In this document: positions 1 through 11,851 of the stretch, in pieces
How the letters are laid out: each line of letters begins with the position of its first letter
Position numbering within the stretch: the first letter of the stretch is position 1
Assembly (NCBI GenBank): GCA_010405405.1
Contig: MU004236.1
Span: 1,308,070 to 1,372,069, forward strand
Direction: 5' to 3'
DNA length: 64,000 nt
Origin: Microthyrium microscopicum
Lineage: Eukaryota
The notes under the pieces: generated by a model
What the model saw: the letters and a program-made list of their open reading frames with translations, nothing else
What the model was told of the DNA's origin: nothing
Database searches by the model: none
Position numbers and translations under genes: made by a program

Positions 1-335
1 ACGCTAATATTACATAATAGTTTAAGAATATTTAAGGGCTTTAGTAATCTCGTAGAGAGAGTATTCTTATAATATTATATCCTATACCTGCTAGCGTTTA
101 AATTTAGTAAGGTACTTACCTAAATTCATTATAAGAAGAGACGAGATAATAAGATTAGTTAAAATAAGTAAGATCTAAAGATTTAAACAACACTAAGAAT
201 ATTATAAAGTTAGATATTAAGATATATTATCTATAGTAATATATAGAACCGCTAAGCACGCTACTATATAAATTTATACTATAGTATACTCCTTTAGTCT
301 AGGGTCTCTCCTAATCAAGATCCTAGATCTATAGC
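1..335. mobile_element. AT-rich RIP-degenerated repeat/transposon remnant (truncated by window start)
   Basis: Abrupt very AT-rich block, rich in TA/TAG/TAA and poor in CA/TG. Normal composition resumes at about 335. Small inverted repeat near the boundary (tctagggtct 298-307 / agatcctaga 318-327). Confidence 0.7.
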
Positions 336-1346
336 TAAATCAACAGGCCAGATTTTGCCCTATATAACCACAGAACGCGCAGCAGAGGTATGAGCGGCAC
401 AGAGCCTGCAACAAGTGATCATATAGCAAGGTAACGACATGTTCCATAATGCTCGTAGAGACGCTGTAAAAGTACAGGACACTTCGATTGGTGTGATATG
501 TGATGGAACACTTGGATGTCTAGGAGCGCTGACTGGCTTTTGAGCTGCATCAGTTCAGTTCAAAGCACAAGAAGAATGTCGCTGCGGTGATTCTTGTCAC
601 TTGAGGGATGTTGATGGATATTAATGGATAACAGGCGTTGATGGCGTTGAACTGCACAATCTGTTGGCTGCCGCGGCCCTGCCCCGACTCTCCTTTTAGC
701 TGCCCAGATTGTCCCAACACCAAGACACCCACCCTTTGGATTCCCGGCTGTTTGGGACATGGTGATACATTTGCCGTCCTCCATTGTGTTCACTTGCGAT
801 ATTCTATTTTTCTGTCTTGTTCCGGCTAAAAAGAAGCAGTGACGGGACAGGACCCTTGGTACCACGGCTGTAGAGATAGCACTCGTTCTCATTTTCATGA
901 TCCTTACGCGGATTCCTGTGCCATCATCTAGCTTCCGTGACCCGCATCAGTGCCAGCCCAGCTCGTAGTCCAAGTCTGGTCGGTGAAATTGGTGACAGGT
1001 ACGCGGCGCTCTTTTGACACTGCAGTCTCGTCTCGTAAACTCCCAAGACTCCACATCAATCCATCCCACTACTCCATCCTCTTCTCCCTTTCTTCCCTTG
1101 CTCCACCACCTCTTGTATACTTACCTACGCATTGCATCCTGTCTTCTCTTTTTCAATCTTTAGTTGCCTCTTTTCCCTCTTCATTGTACTGTTTTATGCC
1201 AATGTCTGCTGCTATTCTGGGTTGGACTCTTGTTAGAGGTGTCCTCCACGAGGATACAAAGCCACACGACACCAACCCAGCTTTCTGGTAACGCTGTCGT
1301 ACAAATCTGCTGCTTGTCCTCCGTCACTATCGACAACACTTTCGCC

Positions 1347-4300
1347 ATGCCGGGGCACTCGCACTCCTCATCTGGATCTTCAGGTCACTCTCTCAAGCCC
1401 CAGCAATTGCTTTATACCCATATCATAAACTAACCCGTTCAAAGATCGCGACCCGAATCGTACCAATGGCCATTCCCGAACGAAATCGAAAAGCTCTATG
1501 GCTCGTCCACGGGGTCAATCTGGTAGAGCCGAACATTCCTCCAAGCCGTCCGCAATCGATACCAGTGTAACCAACGCACACCGACCGCCCCTGAAGTCTC
1601 GCGCCCTCTCTGCCCCATTAGTCCCGAAAGGCACGTTGCCATCGCCCTTGCAAGAACGCGGCAATGGCTTCGGACCCGTGGCCGCCACAAACCCCGGAGA
1701 TGTGGTCGACGAAGAAATCGCAAACGACCCCTTTTTCCAGCGCTACAGTCTGCCACACAACGGCGATGATAGTGACGAGGACGATGAGGCGCCTTCGTCC
1801 GAGGGTCGCATCGATAGTGTACTGTCGCCCACGAGTTCCACGGCCTCGTTGTTACGACCAGAATCGACAACGGGTGAGCCATTACTCTCGCCCTCGAGTC
1901 CTAGGTCTCCTCGATATGTAAGACTAGCGATTTCATATTCCCCCCTAGACTCATCGTGACGTGTCGAAAATAGAATTGGGAGGAAATGAGGCTGACTGGG
2001 CATTTTCTAGTGGAACTCGAGCCAATCGACCAAACCCCAATTACAGGCTGTAAATATCGCAGTGGTAGGCGCCAGTCAAGTTGGCAAATCAACTTTCATA
2101 CGACAGGCCCTTGATTGGGAAGATTTACCGGACACTCCTTTTACCCAAAGAAAAGTTCAGATGGACGGCACTGTTTACGTCGTTCGCTTGATTGAGATTG
2201 GATTTGGTGATCTGGATTTGGATGATGAGAAATGCATTTGTTGGCCGGACGTTATCAGAAATACCCCCGTTCCTCATATTGATGGTGCATTTACGCTTTA
2301 CGATGTAACATGCAAAGACAGCCTTATTCAAGTCCCCGAAACACTAAGTGCGCCTCCCCTTGGAAATTGCTGCCCCTTGAGCTGACATTCGAACTTTGAC
2401 AGACGGACTTTATAACGCCAAAATTCCCTTCTTGTTGGTAGCATGCAAATGCGATCATTCTCCAAACTTGACGCCGGTCAACCCAGACCAAGTGGATGCA
2501 GACGCTCGAGCGCAAATTGGCAGTATTCGTACCCTTAGAACATCGGAGGCCGCCCCGGATACGCAAAAACGTTGTGTTGCTGTTTTACTGCGAGCAATCG
2601 CTGCAGTTCGTTCTCGTAAGTTTCGATGATTTCTCGTAACGACATTGCTGGACTCGAAAGATGGTTGTGCGTGGAGAAAGGGAGCAATTGGGCATCCTGC
2701 ACTGTTGACGTTCAGCCTCTTCGTTTCATACTAGAACCACACCGCTAACCACTCCGGCGCCTATAGAGCAACTCAACAGTGCACCCAACCGCCGAAGAGC
2801 CAATTCCTCGGCCATACACTCTCAGAATACTCCTGTGTCGCCTCCTCTCCAAAAACATCATCGCGCGAATAGCGAAATGTCCATGAACATGTATCGAGGC
2901 ACTCAGCGCACCAACAATTCGAGCAGATTCAGACCCGAAATCAATCCTCCGTTGTCGACGCGATCTCAATCGCATCAAAACTTGCCCGCTAATGCTGGAT
3001 CACGAACCTACGGCGATGGTACACGCCAACACGACTTTGTATCTAACGGCGACGACTTGGAGATGAATCCTAAATCCCCAGGAATCGCCTCGCCACTGCA
3101 AGGGGATTCTTTTGAAGACCTTGTGACTCGACTATTATCTCCTCTCAGATTGAAAGCTGATACACAGTTTGCAAGCGTGTTCCTGGCATTGTACCGACTA
3201 TTCGCCTCGCCTGGTCAATTACTGGATACCATCATAAAGAGCTTCGACGCGTTAAACTCCAACAGTATCCCACAAATGATTAAAGCAGCAGCACAGCAAC
3301 GCCATCTCAGTGTGCTAGAGATTTGGACCAGCAACTACCCAGGCGATTTTGCACATCCATACAGCAGTATGAAGCTACAGAGCTTTGTTACTCGAATCGC
3401 AAACAGCCCCTTATTCATTGCTGCGTCACAGGAACTGGCCGCAAATCTCGAGTACATTTCTGAGGACGATGACACCGATTGGGCCTTCTGCGACCGAGAC
3501 CGTTCCAACGTTCCCATAAACAAGGGTTCATTGAACCTAATCACCAAGAATCTGTCTGGTATGAACCTGGCCAGCATGGCCGACAAATCCGCGTCTCAAA
3601 CACCCGTCTCTCCAACAACCATTGGGAACTCCTCAATGTCCTCTAGCCAATCCCATCTTTCTTTCGTTGAGCAAGCCATCAGACAGGCTACTCACCTTAC
3701 GCCAACGCCACGATTCCCTCTAAACAAACTTCAATGGCACCTATTGATGGACGCGCCAGAGGATGTAATCGCCAATGAAATGAGCCGAATGGATTGGACA
3801 ATGTTCTGTAGCATTCGTCCACGAGACCTTGTGCGTCATGTCTCCCTGTCCGGCGCCGCAAAAGCAAATTGTCGCGCCCTCGAAAATGTGGAACGAATGA
3901 TTGACCATTTCAATCATGTCGCGCTATGGACAGTCAACATGATACTTCTACGAGACAAACCGAAACACCGAGCACTGATGTTGGAAAAACTAATGAGAGT
4001 GGCACGCGAACTACGACGAATGAACAACTACAACGGAGCCGGTGCTGTAGTGGCTGGAATCAACAACGTCGCGATCCAGCGTCTTCATAGCACAAAGGAG
4101 CTTATCAACCCGGCCATCGGCAAAGACTTCTTGAAGTTGAACATCCTCATGGCGCCTGAGAAAAGCCACTCAGCTTATAGATTGGCCTGGGAGAATACCT
4201 CTGGACCTCGTATTCCCTACCTCCCGATACATCGCCGCGATCTCATCCATGCTGCAGAAAGCAATCGTACATTCATCGGAGAGGAGGATGATTCAAAGAT

Positions 4301-4610
4301 CGGACAAACGGTCAACTATCGCGAGCGCCGCATCAACTGGAAAAAGTTCGAAATCATGGGCGCTGTGGTGGTTTCTATGGCGAAAGCTAAAGATGCTCCA
4401 AACCCAGGAGTCAGTCGCAATGATGAGATCAAGAGCCTGCTCATCGACGTTGAGATTGAGCGTGACGACGAAGTAAGCTCTAATACCGACTAGAACGTTT
4501 TATAGGAACTTATGCTAACCGTTGGATAGAAACTCTGGGAGCGAAGCCGACTTGTCGAACCATCTCCCTCGGACAGCAAAACGCGCTCCTTTCCTTGGCC
4601 CAAGCGATAG
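1347..4610 (+). CDS. RasGEF (REM + CDC25-homology domain) with N-terminal atypical Ras-like P-loop domain
   Basis: Six exons joined in frame: 1347-1383, 1445-1917, 2011-2347, 2403-2615, 2767-4472, 4530-4610 (GT..AG with branch sites). P-loop NIAVVGASQVGKST and G4-like LVACKCD; REM-like FLALYRLFASPGQLL; CDC25-HD motifs LRRMNNYNG and PRIPYLPIHRRDL; C-terminal INWKKF and LWERSRLVEP. Confidence 0.88.
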
Positions 4611-5270
4611 TACGAATACAGCTTTAAGGAAGGAGAAGAACTATGGGTTGAATGGCCGGACTCCGAAGACCTACCCTTGACAGACCTCCAGAAACAGGAG
4701 TGTATCAACAACCTTCACATCAAAATCACGGTGCAACGGCTCATTGAAGATGAAAAGCGTGAACAATCGCAAATGACGCCGGCCGAGAAGGAACTCCAGA
4801 GAGAGCAACTTCGAGAGGAAGAGCAGCAGCGAAAGCCCGCCGCGGTTCTAGACGAAGAAATTCTTAAACACAAAAACGAGCTGCTGCAGAGAATGGATCA
4901 GCTCAACAGACTCTATGGCAAATCACAAAAACAGCCGAAGCCAGAACCCAACGTGGCCAAGAAACAGGAGAATATCGACAAGACTAAGCTTAAAAGCTTA
5001 TTGCAACGGCTCATTGACGATGAAAAGCGTGAACAGTCGCAAATGACGCCTGCCCAGAAGCAACTTCAGATAGAAGAGCAGCAGCGCAATCGCGCCCCAG
5101 TTCTCGACGAAGAAACGCTCAAACTCAAAAACGAGCTGCTGCAGAGAATGGAGGCGACCAAGAGACTCCAGGCATTCTATCGCACGCGAAATCGCCAGAC
5201 AGTACAGCCAAAACAAGAAGCCAAAGTGGCCACGAAGGAGAACAAGTACTCTTGTTGCCAAATTCAATAG
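4611..5270 (+). CDS. Open reading frame in frame with, and directly after, the RasGEF stop; coiled-coil Q/E/K-rich, internally duplicated, ends KYSCCQIQ* (CaaX)
   Basis: No stop from 4611 to TAG at 5268-5270. The two internal repeat copies differ by synonymous/conservative changes and one in-frame indel. No in-frame ATG until about 4773. Confidence 0.55.
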   Translation, partial: YEYSFKEGEELWVEWPDSEDLPLTDLQKQECINNLHIKITVQRLIEDEKREQSQMTPAEKELQREQLREEEQQRKPAAVLDEEILKHKNELLQRMDQLNRLYGKSQKQPKPEPNVAKKQENIDKTKLKSLLQRLIDDEKREQSQMTPAQKQLQIEEQQRNRAPVLDEETLKLKNELLQRMEATKRLQAFYRTRNRQTVQPKQEAKVATKENKYSCCQIQ

Positions 5271-6976
5271 CGACCTTGAAAGCAAGAACGCAGGGGCATT
5301 CATACGCCAGGAACGAGGTTACGAACACCTCGCGAGGCATTATAACGAACATTTATACGCATCAGCATCAACGACGGCATAACGGAATTGCATTGGGACA
5401 TTGATAGTCTGTACTGGTCATCATTAGTCCGTATTGGCGGGAGACCTTTTACGAGTGCACGGAGAGGTATCAAGTGCTGTATCATCAGATATCCATCACT
5501 GGAAGTACATTTTCTGAAGGAGCATTCAATAATGGACATGAATAGCTATCATTAGTGAAATATGATTAAAAGTATTAATAAATCGCTCTGCCACGTGCGT
5601 GACATGTAGCGCTGAATAGGTGAGTGGATATTCTGCATGTGCCATCCATTTAGAAGTGGAGCAAGCAGATGCCCCTGAATGGCGAGACCCAACGGAACCA
5701 GGCTTGAAGATACAAGCGGAGGATTAAAGGGGTTTGGGCCTTTAGCAGGCTAATGTTTGTAACGACGCTAAAATTGGCTTGATGTGACACTTTTCAACAC
5801 CATGATCTGGATCTAGCGAGAAAGGCGTGTAAAGGCGTTGTTGATGCCAGGGTAATACATGATGAAACGGCCTAGGATCACTCTTGAGCTTTTTCAGAGG
5901 GCCTTTATAATACTATGGTTAGTAAGTTGACTAGATATGTTTCGATAAGAGTTTGCAAACCAGCAAACGTGACAGTTGTTTCTGGCTTATCTGCTGCATG
6001 CTCAAAGTAGCCGTGTGCTGTACTCTAGTCACGGCATCATGTCTCAAGCCGCCCAATACCAGTTATGTACTCCGTATGGAGTGGTAAGCTACAAGTATGG
6101 ATTTCATGTATGAGCAAAACACAGGCCTAATTGAGGATTGATATATCATCTGGTATGCGTCCAATCAACCTGCCAAATGCCAATATATCTGACAGTTTGA
6201 CAACCTTTACTGGCAGCTAGCTGCGCCGTAGCTCTCGGCACTCTAAATCCAGCTCTTTGTTCACAGTGTTACTTTGGCGAAAGAAGCGGAATTATCTTTT
6301 GATTGGAAAGCTAGTTGACAGAGTCATACATCCACATTCATCTGGTGCTTTGACTGTACACAAAGAGCCCCTTTAAACGGCCTTGACGGCCCCAACAGGC
6401 TCCATCATTGCCCTCTTGAACCCAGTGACACTTTGGGTAATACCTGGCTGAATCAGGCTGAGCGAGGACATAATGCAAGGCTAAGATCTGGGACGGTGGT
6501 TGGCTGGGTGTGACTTTCTACCCCTCTGCCCGTAGGCTGGTACAGAACCGGGCCTCCCTCCCCTCCAGGTCCTCTATCAACTAACTACCTCTCTTACTCT
6601 CCACCACCAACACCACCTCGCGACTGACCCGTTTCGTAAGTAATCCCTCTGCTTTGTCTCTCAGTCTTGCATCTATCCCTATACAACCTTGGCCTGCATC
6701 AATAGACACTTTGTCTTCCATCAAACGTCAGCCGTGCGTCACCGAACGCCTCCACGCCATCTCCCCCTCTCTCATCCCTGTACTTCCAGCCTAGCAGTGG
6801 GGAGGTACTGACCAGCACGACTGCACTGATATCCTTTCAGCTTCATTTGTACTTAATTCTTTTTCATCTCATGGTTCGTGGAGCAATCTGAAAGCTTGGG
6901 TGTTAACGATTCACACAGTACCAGAATCTCCCCAAGCAATCCGCCGCCATCCAAGCAATTTTCGCCCGTTCGCATC

Positions 6977-7396
6977 ATGGGTCTAGCATACAATATCTAC
7001 CTAAACTGTGCCCGTATCTACGCCTGTCAACAATGCAAGACGCATCTCGCTAATCACGATGATATCTTGAGCCGAGTATGTTCATCCGCCCACTAGCTTC
7101 ACATTCGACAGCTTCGCCTTACCCATAAAGCCCGTCCATAAAGCCGTACTAACAGTTTCCAGAACTTCCGTGGCCAACATGGCAAAGCCTACCTCTTTGA
7201 CAACGTCGTCAACGTGGACGAAAAAGAGTCCTGCGAGCGCAACATGACTACCGGCAAGCACATAGTACGTGATATCGAGTGCAAAGAATGCAAGAAGGTA
7301 GTCGGCTGGAAGTACGACAAGGCCTACGAAGCATCCGAGAAGTACAAGGAGGGCAAATTCATCCTTGAGGCTGAGATTCTTTGCTCTCTCAACTAG
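6977..7396 (+). CDS. MOH1: Yippee/Mis18-family zinc-binding protein (Moh1/YPEL5-like)
   Basis: Exons 6977-7075 and 7163-7396 give MGLAYNIYL..YACQQCKTHL..SRNFRGQHGKAYLF..MTTGKHIVRDIECKECKKVVGWKY..KYKEGKFILE, with two CxxC pairs. Probable 5'UTR intron 6636-6840. Confidence 0.93.
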
Positions 7397-7929
7397 CCAC
7401 TTCATCTATCAACCTCGATCCTCTTCTGTTGGTCTTGTTAGACTTAGAGTACATCGGCTAGGCTACCTTTTGGGACACAAGACTCGAAACTTTGTCTTTG
7501 GATTCACGACGAGTTTTCTCATCGACTCTTCCCCTACGAGCCACCTTTTCGGGATCGCTTCCTTTTTCCTATTTGCATTGGGTGGTCTTAGGCGTAATGG
7601 TTGCTTGGGTCCTGGGATATTCAGGGTTCCAGTACGAAGAAACAAACAGGTGTTCTTTGTATGGATGGATCACTCCTTACTCGATGGTTGGGCCCTTTTC
7701 TTGTATTTCTCATTGCATATGAGCATCTTCTGAGCTCCAATCTACTACCTTTAAATCTCATAATCTTGCTCTCCGCTCTAAATTATCTGAAACCTTCATT
7801 TGCTGTGAGGTTTGATTCTGTCAAGCCATGAAATCTTTGTAGTTTCCCTATCGAGTATATGACAGAACTAGATTCAACCTCCATACGCTGACCTTCATAC
7901 AAAGACCAAGAAAGCAATATGGTCTTCTA

Positions 7930-9550
7930 CTATCTTTGCTCCGCTTTGAGGCCCGACGACGAGCATGATGAAGTCAATGGTGCCTCAACCTCACCTTCCG
8001 AATCACTATACTCATCCCAAAGAAACTCATGGTCTCTAGGCTCGTTGCTAATCTTGCGACCAGAGAGCTTTATATCGCCGGTGAAACTGGTGGACATCAT
8101 TGCTGTAAACCCAGTCAATGTGACCCTGAAGTCTATGTGTCCTACATTGACAGAGGCGTCATTGTGATTTGTGTTGTTTCCAAACCCTCGCCATACCATG
8201 TCAAGTCGGCGAAGAAACAGCGACCTTTTGCTCCCGTCACTCGTCTTAAGTTTCTTTGCTGTCGAAGCATCTAGATCATCGGTAGCCGGCCGTTTCGAAG
8301 ATCCTTGAGCGGTAAATTTTGCACTATTGATTTCTTGGTCAACATCACATGTATATGTTTTCTGGTCTAGGGGGCACTAACCTGGCGTTGGCACTACTTG
8401 AAGCACTCTTCGTAGTGGTTTTAGGAGTATTGCCGAACGGGCTCTTGAGTCTGTTCTCAGGCTGTGCCACAGAGAGTAGCATCGTGCCCTCCAAGAAGCC
8501 AAAGTTGAAAGCACCTGTCAGACAGTTCTTGTTGGCGTGGGTGGAAATACAAAGAGTCATCTCACTCGCAGGTTTATGTTGCCTGTCAAGAGGGGTACTA
8601 TCATGCAAGTAAAGGACATAAGAGCCAACGTAGGATTCGGCTTTGGACGAGTCCTTTGGATTTGCTTCGGCCGCGGTGGATAAGTTCTTCTGTAAAACCA
8701 GTATTTCGGCCTGTCGCGCGGAATTCTGCTTGTTTAAGTCCTCGCTTTTACGCGCCAGAAGTTCTTCGATTTTCCTTTTATGTTTCTGCTCGTATTGATG
8801 CTTGCGAAACTTCTTCCAAAGAGTTGTCTTGCTGATGACATCTTTGAGATCCCATCCGATGGTGAGAAATTGTTCTTGTCGGAAGCTAGACCCAAAGCTG
8901 TACAAACCTTGAACCTCGCTAGCTTCTTTATGTAGTCTATCACAAACAGAGGAAGATAGGCCAGTGAGAGTTTCGGACTTTGGTCGTATCGTCCTGTCTG
9001 GAGCTCCATCAACGTTCAGGTAACGCCATTTGATGTAGCGCTCTGGATTTTGCTTAGCTTGACGGATGGGAGAAAGCTTAGAGTAGGCAACTTCGTCTCG
9101 ATAATTCTCCAGAGCTTCCCAGTAAGGATTCGCAATCCTACGCCATTTTCTTTTGAAGTCGTTCTCTAGTATTTGAATTCTCTCAGGTATCGTTAAAGCT
9201 GCGGAAGCTGCACCAACATGGGGTGGCACAGAAATGCTGACATTCTCGTGGGCCAAGATTTCCTTCTCCAGTCGGTTCTTTAGCTGTTCAGTTGTCTCGA
9301 TATCGTGAAAGTCAAAGCCGTAGTGAGTCAGTTGTGCTGCGAACCAAGATCTCGTGCAGATATGTTGTGCGTCTTCAACGGTGTGTGAGCGTTGATCTTT
9401 TTCAATTCGTTCAGGAAAAAGCAGTTCTAGGACTTCTTCATAATCGTATCTTAACACGCCGTGGACTCTAAGATAGCCATCATAGGTAAAGCCATCATTT
9501 TTTAGTGGTTTTGGTGGCTCAGGGACCGTGAGAATACGAAGCTTGGGCAT
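7930..9550 (-). CDS. Uncharacterised fungal protein, paralogue A
   Basis: The 401-aa ORF joins the 7930-8199 frame through a 58-nt intron at 8324-8381 (GTTAGT..TTGAC..TAG). Motifs DGFTY, SWFAAQLTHYGF, ESYVGSY, GAFNFGFLEG, VWRG are shared with paralogue B. Confidence 0.75.
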
Positions 9551-10309
9551 TGTGAATGGTGACAGTCAAACAGGAACTCGGGCGTAGAGGAGAATATTGT
9601 AAAGAATGTATTCGAGATAGCGAAGTGCACTGCGAAGGATGTCATCCCATTGAAGACGCGTCGATTAGACGCGTTGGTGGCGCTGTGAGCCCCTTTCCAC
9701 TCTCGTTTCTCAAGTAACCTCTGTGATTACGCCACAAGGCTAACCACAAAATGTTTGAGCGAACGTCTTTCTCTCAAGAGTCAAGACGGAATGACAGGAC
9801 AGAAACATGGTCAAGTGCTCGAATTCGGTGCTTTATGAAGTTTGAAGCCTATGGTTCACGATAGGCTTTTATACTCGTTACTCCATATTCATAAATGAAT
9901 GAGCCTTTGATAGCCTTCATCCAATTATGATTCAATCATCAGCTGGTCTCAGTCTACTTTCGCTCTCGACGAATACCGTGCATAAATTCCCAGAACAAAG
10001 CGAACAAAATCACGCAGTTTTGTAGAGATTAATTAGCACACGTCGCAATGATCTACGGTGCAACAGTGGACCAGCAGCAGGCACCGGCACACTGATTGTC
10101 TACAGAAAGAGCAATTCTAAGGATCACTATCGTATTTACTGTCTTTAGGCAGCATATGTATTTCATCTTTCTGGAGACCTTAGACAACCAATCTTTGATG
10201 GGTTGTTGAGGCCTCCAGAGCACCAGTATCAGTTCTGCGCGAGTTATTTCTGGCATTGAAACTGCATAGAGCCTTTAGGCATAGACTAAGTTAAGTGATT
10301 ACGGTTGCC

Positions 10310-11145
10310 TTATCTCAGTGGACTCAGACCCTCAGGGAGTGTTAATCTAACCCTATCGGGTTAGATAGTATTCTATCTCCTTAACAACCAATAACAATAC
10401 TCCTAAATAAACACTCCCTAAGGGTCTGAGATTAACTTACACGTTCTATACTATGTCTGGCTTAGCTTTTTGTTTATAAATACCTTTTTTAACCCCTTCT
10501 TTTATAACGAATTATAAGATAACTAATATATAATATAGCCTAAGATTTAGGCTATATAATCTCCTTATTCTTAGCTATCTACCTATATTAAAATCTTCTT
10601 TATGCCCTTTTTAGTTATCTTATAATCTCTTATTAAAGTTTAGTAATAAAAAAGTTAACTTTTTTTTTAACTTAGTATTACTATATAACGAAAGGTTATA
10701 GAAAAAAAAGAATAAATTTTATAAATACGTTAAAATATACTCTCTCTATAGTAAGATTTCTAAGATATAAAATTAATAGATAGGCTTAAATATATATATT
10801 AAAAATTATTATACTTTTTAGAAAAGCTAAGCTAGACTCCTATTTAGATTATAAAATAAGAAGATTTTTAAGGAGTTATATAGTAAATATTAAAGCCTAA
10901 AAATTAAACTATATATAGATATGCTTCAAAATTATAGCCTTTTATAAGAAAATTACTTATAGCTATTCTAGTTATTAAGATATTTAGTAAATCATAAAGT
11001 AGGATTTTTTTGTTAAGGCTAATATAGTATAGATTGCTTAAGTATCTCTTAGGCTCTAATTCAGGGTTAGGGAGCGTTAGCGACTAAAACTAAGCATTAA
11101 TAATAAGACGCTAACCTGAATTAGAGCCTGAGCACGCTGAGGTAA
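10310..11145. mobile_element. RIP-mutated non-autonomous DNA transposon (about 836 bp) with imperfect TIRs and 8-bp target-site duplication
   Basis: Direct repeat cggttgcc at 10302-10309 and 11146-11153. Left end ttatctcagtggactcag versus reverse complement of the right end ttacctcagcgtgctcag. Interior extremely AT/TpA-rich with no ORF. Confidence 0.8.
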
Positions 11146-11487
11146 CGGTTGCCCCAACACCAATAAAAATTCGCTGTTTAACGAACTAGGTCATGTTGAA
11201 TGCTCGCGTTTCGTTCGTTTTGTCAATACAGCCAAAATGCAATAACCTTATGCTTCCATTCATTGTTAAAGACGGAGACATCATTTCTATTTAGCTAGGT
11301 ACTGTCGCTACAGACCCTGTCGGCATGCTTTGCTCCTAAGATACTATTCTTTGTTGTAAACTTTTGATTTTGAAGCCGTAATCTGTAAAGTGCATTAACA
11401 TATCGCACTTCATACTGGCAAGATCAAACTTGGCGATCAGACTCTTGGGGAGCCTTGGTTCATTGTTCTCGAGCTCTTGTTAGCACA

Positions 11488-11602
11488 AGGGAGACAATTC
11501 CTATGTTACATCTTTTCACCAGGGAGATAATACTAAGCCGCTTCGATTCGCCGGGGAGACAATACTAAGCAGCCTCGCTTTTCCAGGGAGACAATATTAA
11601 GC
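11488..11602 (+). repeat. Four phased copies of RGGGAGAYAAT(AYTAAGC) upstream of the CaaX-peptide gene
   Basis: Copies start at 11488, 11521, 11553 and 11585 (spacing 33/32/32), separated by diverged spacers. The first copy lacks the TAAGC tail. Confidence 0.8.
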
Positions 11603-11851
11603 TTAGCCACATCACAAAGTCTTTATATCGTGCGTTAAAGCAATCGTCTCCATAGCAAAGCATCCTTTATCATCCTAAAAAAACCCCAATACCAAAGAAG
11701 TCCTATGTTCTAGCCCAGCTCCAACGCACTACTTAATTCCTCAGCTCCAACCATACCCGGAAAGCTCCATCCCTAAACACAAAAACCTACACAACATAAC
11801 CACAAAAACAAGTTTTCTGGTAAAACAAACAAAACACAAACAAAAATCACA

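Noticed and set aside
550..1433. Short ORFs including Cys-rich 638-829
   Set aside because: Overlapping in several frames with no recognisable domain; 950-1340 looks like the pyrimidine-rich promoter/leader of the RasGEF gene.
11488..11602. Repeat-spacer-like array as a CRISPR
   Set aside because: Eukaryotic context, conserved block of only 11-18 bp, spacers about 14 bp and mutually similar, no cas genes.
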